From the NCBI GenBank assembly GCA_017555025.1, contig JAFZHC010000040.1, positions 1,711 to 65,710 on the forward strand: a stretch of 64,000 bases of DNA, given 5' to 3'. Below the pieces are notes generated by a model, which was not told the origin of the DNA, ran no database searches, and was given only the letters and a program-made list of their open reading frames with translations. The position numbers and the translations under genes are program-made. Origin of the DNA: Akkermansia sp. (GTDB taxonomy: Bacteria > Verrucomicrobiota > Verrucomicrobiia > Verrucomicrobiales > Akkermansiaceae). Below are positions 37,063-46,777 of the stretch, one piece after another; positions within the stretch are counted from its first letter, which is position 1; every line of letters begins with the position of its first letter.

Positions 37063-37968
37063 ATGGAAATGAACAAAACCACCACCAATACGGACGAAAT
37101 GCCGCTCTCCCCGGAGGATATCAAAGCTATCGGCGAGATTGAACTCGGACCCGCTAAGCACGAAATTTTCCTTAACAAGCACTACAAGAAGCTCATTGCC
37201 GGCGGTATCGCCGTCATGGTAGCAGCAAGTGCCGGCATTGGTTACTATTCATACAAGTGCCAACAAGCCGAGCTTGCAGGTGCCAGCATTGTACAGGCTA
37301 TGGGAACCGCTACGGCCGAAGGGGTTGTAGAGCCTTCTGCCTACGATGCCAAGCTGCTTACTCAGGTTTCTACCGAATATGCAGATACCAATTCCGCTGA
37401 GTTGGCTCAGCTGCTCGAGGCTCAATCTCTCCTGACCGATAGTGCTCGTGTGGAGAATGCTTTGTCTCTGCTTGAAGGCCTCGCAGCCCGTACAAAGAAT
37501 GATCTGCTGAAGGCTCGAGCCATTGCTACGATTGCCACTTACTACATGAACGAAGAGCAGAACGATAAGGCTGTTGCCGCCTGGCAGCAGATTATTGCCA
37601 TGCCCTCCAATCCCTACAGCGCTGTGGCATACATCAACCTTGGTGACCTCGCCCGACTTGCCGGCGATATCGAGGGGGCTCGTGGTTATTATACTCAGGT
37701 GAAGGCTGCTTGCCCGCTTAGCCCGTTGGTACGTGAGAATGTGGCTGAGCTCCGCCTGGCTTTGCTGGATGTCGATGCTCCTAAGCCTGTAGCCAAGGCT
37801 GAGCCCGAGACGCCTGCTACACCTGCACAGCCTGCTGCCACCGATAATCCCTTCGGCATTGATACCGCTAACCCCTTCGGCACGGCTCAGCCCACCACGC
37901 CCGCTACTGATGGTGGCTCCACCGACCCCTTTGGCGGTATGTCTACTCTCCCCGGGGGCGCTAACTGA
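37063..37968 (+). CDS. Membrane-anchored TPR protein (YfgM-like) with a low-complexity NPFG/DPFG tail
   Basis: Single TM after KHYKK; TPR helices; Pro/Thr/Ala-rich tail. Confidence 0.65.
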   Translation: MEMNKTTTNTDEMPLSPEDIKAIGEIELGPAKHEIFLNKHYKKLIAGGIAVMVAASAGIGYYSYKCQQAELAGASIVQAMGTATAEGVVEPSAYDAKLLTQVSTEYADTNSAELAQLLEAQSLLTDSARVENALSLLEGLAARTKNDLLKARAIATIATYYMNEEQNDKAVAAWQQIIAMPSNPYSAVAYINLGDLARLAGDIEGARGYYTQVKAACPLSPLVRENVAELRLALLDVDAPKPVAKAEPETPATPAQPAATDNPFGIDTANPFGTAQPTTPATDGGSTDPFGGMSTLPGGAN

Positions 37969-37983
37969 TAACCTCTGAAGAAT

Positions 37984-38805
37984 ATGGGGCTTTTTCAGGA
38001 TAACTTCTCCATGCTCTCTGAGCTCGAGCGCCTCGCCGCCATGGTGCAGGACCCCGCCCGAGTGCAGGAGATAGGTGCCGATGAGTGGCCGCTTGCTATG
38101 ATTGCCTGCGGCCTCGTTACATGCAACGACCCCGAACGTTTGCAGGAGAACCTCGATGCCTACAGCATTTTTGCATCGAAGGTGAATACTGCGGGACGTA
38201 AGGGCAGCTTGGCTCAACTGGTTCGCTTTATCACCTCTCGCAAGGGGGATGGCTGGCGGGCATTGCTGCCCTACACCTTGCAGGAGCCCGAACCCGTTCT
38301 CAGTCGTGCTGCTGCCATGCAGCTGGCCACGCTTGCACAGCCCGGTAACGATAAACTGACCGGTGTTGCTGAGTTGGCTCGCCTGATGTGCAGCCGTGAG
38401 GATGCTCCCGTAACTGTGCTCGAAGCGCTGCTCAGCCTGAGTGACCAGCGAGTGCTCCCCTATGTTGAGAAACTTTACAGCCTCTCGCCTGAGCGTATGG
38501 CTGCTATTGTGGCAGCCATCAATCCCGCACCTAATCACCTCAGTTACAGTTGGGTGCTGGGTGCATTGGCTGCGCAGCCTCAACTGGCAGAGCCCATTAC
38601 CAACCTTCTGGAGCGTATGGCCGCTGCCACAACTGCGGTTATCGACCTCGTATTGCCCATTCCTACCTGGGCATTCGAGAAACCCGCACCCCAGCCGCTG
38701 CATGGCTGGTCCCGAGCCGAGTATTTCCCCCGTATGCTCCCGGCTCTTTCTTCCCACCTTACCGAAGCGCAGATTTCACGCTTGCGCGTAGCCTTTGGCG
38801 CCTGA
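37984..38805 (+). CDS. Hypothetical protein, probably alpha-helical
   Basis: 273-aa ORF with host-like codon usage; last gene of the operon. Confidence 0.65.
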   Translation: MGLFQDNFSMLSELERLAAMVQDPARVQEIGADEWPLAMIACGLVTCNDPERLQENLDAYSIFASKVNTAGRKGSLAQLVRFITSRKGDGWRALLPYTLQEPEPVLSRAAAMQLATLAQPGNDKLTGVAELARLMCSREDAPVTVLEALLSLSDQRVLPYVEKLYSLSPERMAAIVAAINPAPNHLSYSWVLGALAAQPQLAEPITNLLERMAAATTAVIDLVLPIPTWAFEKPAPQPLHGWSRAEYFPRMLPALSSHLTEAQISRLRVAFGA

Positions 38806-38860
38806 AGTCACACTTCAGGCTTGCCAAGGCCTCGCCAATAGTGTGTAATACCTGCCGCAC

Positions 38861-38932
38861 GGCCCCGTAGTTCAATGGATAGAACGGCCCTCTCCTAAAG
38901 GGCAGATGTGGGTTCGATTCCCGCCGGGGCTG
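38861..38932 (+). tRNA. tRNA-Arg (anticodon CCT), CCA not encoded
   Basis: Cloverleaf: GGCCCCG acceptor, GTTC/GAAC D arm, GCCCT-CTCCTAA-AGGGC anticodon arm, GTGGG-TTCGATT-CCCGC T arm. Confidence 0.96.
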
Positions 38933-39888
38933 CTTCAAAAACGCTCAGTTTCGTCAAAGAAATTGACAAAAACGTGTCTGGAGTGTACGCTCACATCGAC
39001 AAGATTCTGGATTACTTCATGAGCCATGAATCTTTCAATCGAGAAGATGCTCAGTCTTTCGTACGTCAGCAAAAGCCTTACACGCTAAAGAATGACTACT
39101 CAAAAACATGGCGTCTGGCTGATATGTTGGATGCGCCTGAGCTATACGAAGCCTATCCTCGGTTAAAAGATATCTTGGTTTCCGAAGAAGACATGGGCGA
39201 CCCGCAAAATGCTGGCTCAACAGAACGCAACGATATAACAATCAATGAAAATTCTCCAGCGAGACTCCAGTTTGAGACTCTTCTTCACGAGACTCAGCAC
39301 ATCATTCAGGATATTGAAGAGTTTGCCGCAGGCTCTGACCCTGATACTGTTTATACGCAGTTCCAAAAAGCGTATGAAAGAATTGCCAAAATTGCCAAAG
39401 GGGGAGTTAATACAAGATTGGCGTCTCGCAAGATGGCAGATGGTATACTTAAGACATTTGTATCGCTTGCAAAAGACATCGCGCCTAATAAAACAAGAAC
39501 TGAAATCCTCATAAACCGTTTAACTGATGGCCTTTGGCCTAAAGTATTAAACGAAGTCGGTTTATATTTGAGAGCTGCTGGAGAAGTAGAAGCCCGAAAC
39601 GTAACCAGCCGCTTAGATTGGACATTAGAACAGAGGAAAAACATCCCCTTTAACGACACCCTTAAGTACAATGGTGAAGCCTGGGTTGACTTCTCTTTAA
39701 TAGCAGACCATCTGGAAAGCTGGCAGCGCGACCCTGTGGCTGAGCTTGGCGAACTGGGGCGATTTGGCAACAATATACAAGGTAAACTGGCTCCAATTGG
39801 AGAAAACGTATACGATGAGCGCGTTACCGCAATGATAAACGCCTTGAGCTGCCTTTTGTTTCCATTACCAAGAGCCGTAGGTCCATGA
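38933..39888 (+). pseudogene. Truncated fragment of a phage/ICE large polyvalent protein (LPD23-like zincin domain)
   Basis: L.D.LD.PELY.AYP.L, TLLHETQHIIQDIE.FA.GS, YLRAAGEVEARNV..R....EQRK..P; AT-richer than the flanks; frame open back into the tRNA; first ATG at 39019. Confidence 0.72.
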
Positions 39889-39895
39889 TAGTTTC

Positions 39896-39949
39896 TTTCA
39901 TTTATGTACATTTATGCGTTCTCCTACGCATAAATGTGCATAAATGAAA
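39896..39949. repeat. 23-bp-arm palindrome built from four CATTTATG boxes around an 8-nt spacer
   Basis: TTTCATTTATGTACATTTATGCG-TTCTCCTA-CGCATAAATGTGCATAAATGAAA, one mismatch. Confidence 0.9.
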
Positions 39950-39967
39950 ATCGATGATTTCATGATG

Positions 39968-40000
39968 AAAAAAAGGAAGCACCGTAATGGTGCTTCCTTT
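39968..40000 (-). terminator. Intrinsic terminator of the RND operon
   Basis: AAAGGAAGCACC / GGTGCTTCCTTT stem with a T-run on the minus strand. Confidence 0.85.
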
Positions 40001-40024
40001 AAAGTCGGATGGGATGATGGGGGG

Positions 40025-43000
40025 TTATGATTCCTCACCTTCGGCCAGTTTGGCGTAGGCGATTTCCTCGTCGGGGTCAGCACCATGGTGAGCCTTCTCA
40101 ATCTTGGAGCGGAAGAGCTTCATGATGAAGACGAAGGAGCAGGGGATGAAGAACACACCCACAAGGGTGGCAACGGTCATACCGATAACCACCACTACGC
40201 CGATGGCGTTTCGTGCCAGAGCGCCGGAGCCTTCAGCTGTCAGCAGCGGTACACAACCCAGAATGAAGGCGAAAGATGTCATCAGAATGGGGCGCAGACG
40301 CATGCGGGCTGCGGTAACAGCGGCGTCGAGCAGGCTCTGGCCTCGCTCCATCTGCAGCACGGCGAACTCCACAATGAGAATGGCATTCTTGGCGGCAAGA
40401 CCCACCAACATCACCAGACCAATCTGGGCATAGAGGTCGAGCGTCATGCCATACAGCCAGAGGCCGAGGAATGCACCCAGCACGGCAATGGGCACGGAGA
40501 GGAAGATGGCGAGCGGCAGCGTCCATTTCTCGTACAATGCGGCCATAATGAGGAATGCGAACACGCCGGAGAGGGTGAAGATGGCACCCAGACCGAGGCC
40601 GTCCTGCACTTTTTTCTCCTGGAAGCTCATATCAACGTAGGAGAAACCGAACTTTGTTTTGTCCATCACCTTATTGAACTCCTCTTCGATGGCGGCCATG
40701 GCCTGAGCGGAGGAGTAGCCCTCGGCGGGCTGCACGCTGATTTTACCGGAGTTGTAGTTGTTGGTATGCTGAACATACTCGGTATCGGCAATGTCTTTAA
40801 TGGTGACGAGGGTACTCAGCGGTACCGATTCGCCCTTGCTGTTGGCAACGTAGAAGTTGGCAATCTGATCCGTATTGGTACGGCTTACACCGGCAGCCTG
40901 CAGGTACACCTGCCACTGCTGACCGAACTGGGTGTAATAGTTCACGAATCGTGAACCGTTGAAGCACTGCAGCAGGGTGTTTGCGCCGGAGTAATCCACG
41001 CCCTGAGCCAGACATTTATCCTTGTCGATGGCAATGCTCTTCTGCGGTACGGCAGGCAGCATCATGTCCGAAGCCTTGGCAATGGCGGGGTTGGCGTTCA
41101 GTGCAGCCTCGAGGCGCTGCATTTGGCGGTACAGCTCAGCTACACCCTGACCTTCGCGGTCTTCCAGCACGAAGGTGATGTCGTTACCGGTACCTACGCC
41201 GGGGATGGCAGGGGGCATGGCAACAAAGACCATACCGTCGGCTCCGCTCATGGCAAGCTTGGCATTGAGACGTTTGTAAATGTCCTCTGCCGTGGGGCGC
41301 TTGCCGTTCTCCATCACCGGGCGCTCGGCGAAGTCGTGCAACTTCACGAAGTAGGTCATGGCGTTGGTGGTCTGCACGTTAATCATCATGTTCATACCGA
41401 TGATGGATACAACGTGGTCAACGGCAGAGTCCTCCAGAAGTGTTTTCTCAACCGGAACGGTTTCTTCCGTCAGGCGCTGCATGGAGCAGCCGGGTTTCAT
41501 GATAACACCGGCAATGAGGAAGCCTTGGTCCTCGGAGGGAAGGAAGCCACCGGGCACACGGGAAGCCGTGGGGATGATGAGTGCGGCCAGACCGGCAAGT
41601 AAGGGCATGGAAATCCAGAGGCGGCGGCAGAGGAAACCGCAAATAGCGGCAAACTTACCGGCCAACCAGTCATAGCCCTTATTGAAGCCGTTGTAGAAGG
41701 GGGTGAGCAGAGACTTGTGCTCATGCTTGTTCTTGAGCATGATTGCCGAGAGGGCGGGGGAAAGCGTCAGGGCGTTGAAGGCCGAGATGAGCATGGAGAC
41801 GGCAATCGTTACGGCGAACTGCTGGAAAAGCGTACCCGTAATGCCGGGTAACAGCACCGAGGGGAGGAACACAGCCGCCAGCACGAGAGCAATGGCTACT
41901 ACCGGACCGCTCACTTCCTTCATGGCGGCAAAGGTGGCCTGACGGGGAGTCAATCCGTTCTCCATGTGCGATTCTACAGCTTCAACCACCACGATGGCGT
42001 CGTCCACCACCAGACCGATGGCCAGCACCATGCCGAGCAGACAGATGGTGTTGAGCGAGAAGCCCAGAATGGGGAAGAAGCAGAAGGTCGTCACCAGAGA
42101 TACCGGCACAGCGATGAGGGGAATGAGCGTGGCACGCCAGCCCTGCAGGAACAGGAATACCACAAGACCTACCAGCACGAGAGCTTCGAAGAGCGTGTGG
42201 ATGATCTCGTTGATGGAGTCACTTACTGTTGTGGTGGTGTCCAGAGCAATGAACCCGCGCATACCTTCGGGCATGACCTTTTCCTTTTCGGCAAAGAGCT
42301 CACGCAGCGAGGCAACCGTTTCCAGTGCATTGGCATCTGACGCCTGATAGATGGCAAGACAGGTGGCGGGCTGGGCGTCTACTCGGCCGGCGAGCGAGTA
42401 GCTCTGGGAGCCCAGCTCAATCTTGGCGATATCTTTCAGGCGAACGGCCTGAGTGCGGTTCTGGTAAATGATGATGTCACCGAACTCTTCGATGCTTTCC
42501 ACGCGCCCCTTGTTACGGATGGTGAAGGTGAACTCCTGGCCATCGGGCATGGGTTCGGCACCTACGGAGCCGCCGGGGTTGGTGTTGTTCTGCTGGTAAA
42601 CTGCATTGTACACCTGATCGACGGTCAGTCCCTTTTGAGCCATGCGCTCACTATCCAGCCAGATGCGGACGGCATAGCGGCCGCCGAACACCATCACATC
42701 ACCCACGCCTTTTACGCGTTTGGTGGGGTCGACCAAGTTAATGTAGGCGTAGCCGGTCAGGTCGATGGGGTTGAAAAAGCCTTCGGGAGAATCGATAGCA
42801 TAAATCATCAGCGGCAGACCGGACGACTGCTTGATGGTAACACCCATCTGCGATACGGTGCTGGGCAGCTGTGAGGTTGCCTGGCTGTAGCGCATGTAGG
42901 TGAGCTGTTGGTTGGTATTGGCATCTGACCCGGGTTCAAAGATAACATTGAGCGAGCACGAACCGTTGTTGGAGGAGGTGGAGCTCATGTAATCCATCTT

Positions 43001-43219
43001 CTGAATACCCGAGAGCTGAAGCTCAATGGGGGTAGCCACGGCATCCGCCACTTCCTGAGCATTGGCACCGGGGTAGGTGGCGCTCAGCTGAATGGTGATG
43101 GGGGTGATGTCCGGGTACTGAGAGATGGGCAGAGCCAGCATGCAGATGATACCCAGCATCGTGGTCACGATGGAGATAACGCCTGCGATGATGGGGTGTT
43201 TAATGAAATAAGGAGACAT
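40025..43219 (-). CDS. RND efflux permease (HAE1, AcrB/MexB-like)
   Basis: [47 protein letters not shown]; proton-relay D-D-K-T residues intact. Confidence 0.96.
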   Translation of the reverse strand: MSPYFIKHPIIAGVISIVTTMLGIICMLALPISQYPDITPITIQLSATYPGANAQEVADAVATPIELQLSGIQKMDYMSSTSSNNGSCSLNVIFEPGSDANTNQQLTYMRYSQATSQLPSTVSQMGVTIKQSSGLPLMIYAIDSPEGFFNPIDLTGYAYINLVDPTKRVKGVGDVMVFGGRYAVRIWLDSERMAQKGLTVDQVYNAVYQQNNTNPGGSVGAEPMPDGQEFTFTIRNKGRVESIEEFGDIIIYQNRTQAVRLKDIAKIELGSQSYSLAGRVDAQPATCLAIYQASDANALETVASLRELFAEKEKVMPEGMRGFIALDTTTTVSDSINEIIHTLFEALVLVGLVVFLFLQGWRATLIPLIAVPVSLVTTFCFFPILGFSLNTICLLGMVLAIGLVVDDAIVVVEAVESHMENGLTPRQATFAAMKEVSGPVVAIALVLAAVFLPSVLLPGITGTLFQQFAVTIAVSMLISAFNALTLSPALSAIMLKNKHEHKSLLTPFYNGFNKGYDWLAGKFAAICGFLCRRLWISMPLLAGLAALIIPTASRVPGGFLPSEDQGFLIAGVIMKPGCSMQRLTEETVPVEKTLLEDSAVDHVVSIIGMNMMINVQTTNAMTYFVKLHDFAERPVMENGKRPTAEDIYKRLNAKLAMSGADGMVFVAMPPAIPGVGTGNDITFVLEDREGQGVAELYRQMQRLEAALNANPAIAKASDMMLPAVPQKSIAIDKDKCLAQGVDYSGANTLLQCFNGSRFVNYYTQFGQQWQVYLQAAGVSRTNTDQIANFYVANSKGESVPLSTLVTIKDIADTEYVQHTNNYNSGKISVQPAEGYSSAQAMAAIEEEFNKVMDKTKFGFSYVDMSFQEKKVQDGLGLGAIFTLSGVFAFLIMAALYEKWTLPLAIFLSVPIAVLGAFLGLWLYGMTLDLYAQIGLVMLVGLAAKNAILIVEFAVLQMERGQSLLDAAVTAARMRLRPILMTSFAFILGCVPLLTAEGSGALARNAIGVVVVIGMTVATLVGVFFIPCSFVFIMKLFRSKIEKAHHGADPDEEIAYAKLAEGEES

Positions 43220-43240
43220 GTTGTTGCTTGCTGTTAAAGA

Positions 43241-46210
43241 TTATTTGAACTGAGGAGCGATGGAGGTGTCAGTATCTGCCGTGACGGAGTCTACCACCGT
43301 CTTCGGGGTTACATAGTGGAACGGTGAGGGGGTGAGCTTATTGGCTCGGGTTCCCTTTTCCATGTTGGTGGCCAGCGTTTGACTGGCGGCCATCAGCGAG
43401 CCTTCCACGATAACGGGCACGTTTGACATGTCGGTGAAGTTCATGCTCTTCAGAATCATCTCCAGAGCTGAGGCAAAGCCGGCATCGCGGGCGACCAGCT
43501 CCAATTCGTCTTTAGCATTGCTGCGATTGAACTCCAGTTCCTTAGCGCTCTTCACACCGGCCTGTCGCAGAGCAAGTTCCTTCCAGTCGGCTGCACCGGC
43601 TTGCTGCGGATGGTCGTCCGGCAGGGCTTGCCCGAGTTCTTTCTCCAGTAGGGCTCGGTAGTCGGCTACGCCTGCTTTCTTCAGTACCAGGTCATCCCAG
43701 GTCTTAACCCCGGCTTTGCCCAGAATCATGGCATCGAGGCTGGTTACTCCGGCTTTTGCCAGCATAGGAGGAATGACGGAGTCGCGGTCAACGTCAATCA
43801 TGTACATAGGTTGCACAACTTCCTTACCGCCTTCTTCCTTGACCGGTACGACTACCAGCGAGCCCTTGGTGATAGGCAGGGGGGTGGGGGCGTTGTCCTC
43901 TGCAAGTAAGAGGATGATGTCCTTGCCGTTGGCATTCATCGGTGCTCGGGCAGGTACCAGATAGGCACCCTTCACGGGATTCATGGCGGCTCTTACGCGT
44001 ACCGGCATGCCGCTGCGCAGCCCTTGGTCCACATTTTCCACACGACCGACAATACCGAAAGTACCCTTGGTGGTGCTCAGAGTGTTGTCCATGGAGATAA
44101 TTTCACCCTTGGCCGGATAGACGGAACCGTCTTTCAGGATGAGGTCAAACTTCGGCTTGTTGTCCGGGCCGATTTTGTGCTGTTGCAGCGCTTCAATGCT
44201 GGCAAGAGCCCCCTTACCGCTCACGCTGAAATCCACACGGATGGGATTGACGGAGGAGAGGGTGACCAGCGGCTCGACATCGGTGGGGCTGACCAGCGCA
44301 CCGATGGAGGGTTTGCTGATGCCGGCGCGGCCATCGAAGGGCGCGGTGATGGTGGTGTAGCCGAGGTTGATTTCAGCCAGCTGTACAGCAGCCTGCATCT
44401 GCTCAACAGTAGCTTCAGACTTGAGCACGGCAGCCTCGTTGGTCTGAACATCGGTGCGGGTATCGGTGACAGTCTTTTCAGAGACGGCACCGGGGCTGTT
44501 TGTTACCAGACGGGTGTAGCGCTCCAAGTCGGCGCGGCTCATGCTGAGTTTGGCTTTTGCTTCATCCAAAGCGGCTTCGGCGGAGAGCAGGTTGGCCTTT
44601 GCCTCATCCAGAGCTGCCTGATAGGGCGCCGGATCGATGGTGTAGAGCACATCTCCCTTTTTCACGATGGTGCCGTTGCGGAAGTTCTGTGTGAGGATGA
44701 AGCCGCTCACGCGGGGGCGGATGTCGGTTTCTTCCTCACCACGCAGGGTGCCAAACCATTCATCCTGTACTGCAACGTCTTGCTGTACCAGCGGCATTAC
44801 CTGTACGGGGAAAGGCGGTTTTGTGGCTTTAACTTCGGCCTTAGGCTTAGCCGGCTCGCCATTCGTGACTTTTGCCATGATGGCCTTCTCGGCGGCGGTC
44901 ATGGCGGGGCGGAAGCTGAAGGGAACGGTCTTGATGGTGCCGCGCGGGGTGGGGTCATCCTTCGCCAGTCGGCTGTTGGCAGACGAGATGTTCATGGCTC
45001 GTACTCCGTTGTCCGGGTCTGCGACAACCGGCACATCCTCGGCTTTTTCATAGCCATAATCGCGGAAGTAATCAGCGAGAGGGCGGGCGTAGTCCTTAAC
45101 GGCCACCAGCTGTTGCACAGAGCTGTAGCCATCCTCTTCATTAATGTTGATATCGTATTTGCCGTCTACCACAACCGGTATGGTATGGGGCTGGTTGTTT
45201 TTATCAACAATGATGATGAAATTATTGCGCAGAACGGTGCGGATGGCTGAGGGCGGTACCAGCAGCGCCTCCTTGGTGCCGAGCGGAATCTTCACGCGCA
45301 CCGGCATGCCGCCTCGCAGCAGATTGTTCGGGTTGTCAATTTCTCCTTCAACGTCAATCAGCCCGGTTTCGGCCACTTTGCTTTCCATGGAGAGCAGGCG
45401 GCCTTTGCTGGGGTACACGCTGCCGTCTTCCAGAATGAGGTCAAAGGAAGGCGAGGTGAGGGTTTCGTCTTTTTTGTCGGATTGCACCTTGCCGAAGCGA
45501 CGGAAAGAGTTGACCAAACCATCGCTGTTGATGGCGAAATCCACACGGATGGGATTAAGGGATGTCAGGTTAGTCAGCTTAGTGGTGGAGCCCACCAAAT
45601 CGCCTTTCGAGACAAATGCCGAGCCGGCGATGCCATCATAGGGGGCTCGCACGACGGTATAGTCAAGGTTAATGCGAGCCTTGTTGACGGCGGCCTTGTT
45701 TTGTTCGATACTTGCCAGACATGCCTTCACTCCGGCTTCTGCCGCTTGCAGTTTGTGGCGGGCATCGCTTACTTGTTTCTCGGAGGCGGCTGCGGTCTTC
45801 ACCAAGTGCTCATAGCGCTCGACATCCAGTTTGAGCTGGTCACGGGTGGCAATGGCCGACGTCAGCGCTGCTTCGGCTGCTTTCATGTTAGCCTCAGCCT
45901 GAGCTAATTCCGCTTCGTAAAGGTCGGGGTCGAGCTTAAAGAGCACATCGCCCTTTTTCACAGGTTTGCCATCCTGGTATTCCTGCGAAATAATAAAGCC
46001 GCTGACTTTGGGGTGAATATCTGTGTTATTCTTGCCGCGAAGGTAACCGAACCACTCACCATAGTCTGTTACTTCCTGCTTGATAATTCGGAAAGCTTTG
46101 ATGGCGGCTTCCTCTGTTTGTACCTGCTGAGCATCCTTATTGTCGCATCCGGTCATCAGCCCAAGTGTGCAACTGCTCAGGGCCAGCGCTATGAGTGTTT
46201 GTCTGGTCAT
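43241..46210 (-). CDS. RND periplasmic adaptor lipoprotein comprising two complete tandem MFP modules (989 aa)
   Basis: Lipobox LMTGC; module 1 EWFGYLRG..DIHPKVSG..VKKGDVLF, RAPYDG; module 2 EWFGTLRG..DIRPRVSG..VKKGDVLY, TAPFDG. Confidence 0.9.
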   Translation of the reverse strand: MTRQTLIALALSSCTLGLMTGCDNKDAQQVQTEEAAIKAFRIIKQEVTDYGEWFGYLRGKNNTDIHPKVSGFIISQEYQDGKPVKKGDVLFKLDPDLYEAELAQAEANMKAAEAALTSAIATRDQLKLDVERYEHLVKTAAASEKQVSDARHKLQAAEAGVKACLASIEQNKAAVNKARINLDYTVVRAPYDGIAGSAFVSKGDLVGSTTKLTNLTSLNPIRVDFAINSDGLVNSFRRFGKVQSDKKDETLTSPSFDLILEDGSVYPSKGRLLSMESKVAETGLIDVEGEIDNPNNLLRGGMPVRVKIPLGTKEALLVPPSAIRTVLRNNFIIIVDKNNQPHTIPVVVDGKYDININEEDGYSSVQQLVAVKDYARPLADYFRDYGYEKAEDVPVVADPDNGVRAMNISSANSRLAKDDPTPRGTIKTVPFSFRPAMTAAEKAIMAKVTNGEPAKPKAEVKATKPPFPVQVMPLVQQDVAVQDEWFGTLRGEEETDIRPRVSGFILTQNFRNGTIVKKGDVLYTIDPAPYQAALDEAKANLLSAEAALDEAKAKLSMSRADLERYTRLVTNSPGAVSEKTVTDTRTDVQTNEAAVLKSEATVEQMQAAVQLAEINLGYTTITAPFDGRAGISKPSIGALVSPTDVEPLVTLSSVNPIRVDFSVSGKGALASIEALQQHKIGPDNKPKFDLILKDGSVYPAKGEIISMDNTLSTTKGTFGIVGRVENVDQGLRSGMPVRVRAAMNPVKGAYLVPARAPMNANGKDIILLLAEDNAPTPLPITKGSLVVVPVKEEGGKEVVQPMYMIDVDRDSVIPPMLAKAGVTSLDAMILGKAGVKTWDDLVLKKAGVADYRALLEKELGQALPDDHPQQAGAADWKELALRQAGVKSAKELEFNRSNAKDELELVARDAGFASALEMILKSMNFTDMSNVPVIVEGSLMAASQTLATNMEKGTRANKLTPSPFHYVTPKTVVDSVTADTDTSIAPQFK

Positions 46211-46232
46211 ATATGTGAAGATGGTATAGTCT

Positions 46233-46769
46233 TTATTCGCAACCTTGCATAATGAGAATGAAGAGAATGAAAATAATAGTGGCAATAGTGCCTGCACCAA
46301 TCGTTCCCTCCTTTTTTTCTGCTCCGGTATCGCGAATAATGGTGGGCATTTTGTACTCCCGAGCGGAGGTGGTGTTGACTTGCCTCGTCTCGTTGTATCG
46401 GAAGAATTCCTGGTTGGTGGCGACTTTGGGCACTTCCGGCAGCTTGCGGGTAGGAGGCGGCGGGGCGGTCTTAACCCGTTCTTCTGAACGATATTGAGGC
46501 GCGATGCGAGCCTTGATTCCTGTCTGCTGCGGGGCGGCAACCGGAATTTCCGATATAACGGGTTCTGCTACCTCCGGTACGCTGAGGGTGGGTAAAGAGG
46601 AGAGGGAATGCTGCTGTGCAGCAAACTCTCGAGCCCTCTGTTCCTGCTCGGCAACCATGGCATTGAGCTTGCGTACCAGGTCGTTCGACATCGCTTCGAG
46701 CGCCAATCGCTGGGGCTCTGTGGTGACTTCGTCACCGTGAGGAACATCAATAGGGCTGTTTGTATTCAT
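46233..46769 (-). CDS. Hypothetical tail-anchored protein
   Basis: Coiled coil, Pro-rich linker, C-terminal TM (IATIIFILFILIMQGCE). Confidence 0.6.
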   Translation of the reverse strand: MNTNSPIDVPHGDEVTTEPQRLALEAMSNDLVRKLNAMVAEQEQRAREFAAQQHSLSSLPTLSVPEVAEPVISEIPVAAPQQTGIKARIAPQYRSEERVKTAPPPPTRKLPEVPKVATNQEFFRYNETRQVNTTSAREYKMPTIIRDTGAEKKEGTIGAGTIATIIFILFILIMQGCE

Positions 46770-46777
46770 AACACTTG

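Noticed and set aside
38908-38932. ORF-track start (GTG) inside the tRNA
   Set aside because: It lies in the tRNA T arm; the frame is simply open across the insertion junction.
46233-46290. Lipobox-like LIMQGC at the extreme C-terminus, suggesting a frameshifted join to the MFP gene
   Set aside because: The MFP has its own complete signal and lipobox from 46210; a simple tail anchor explains the segment.
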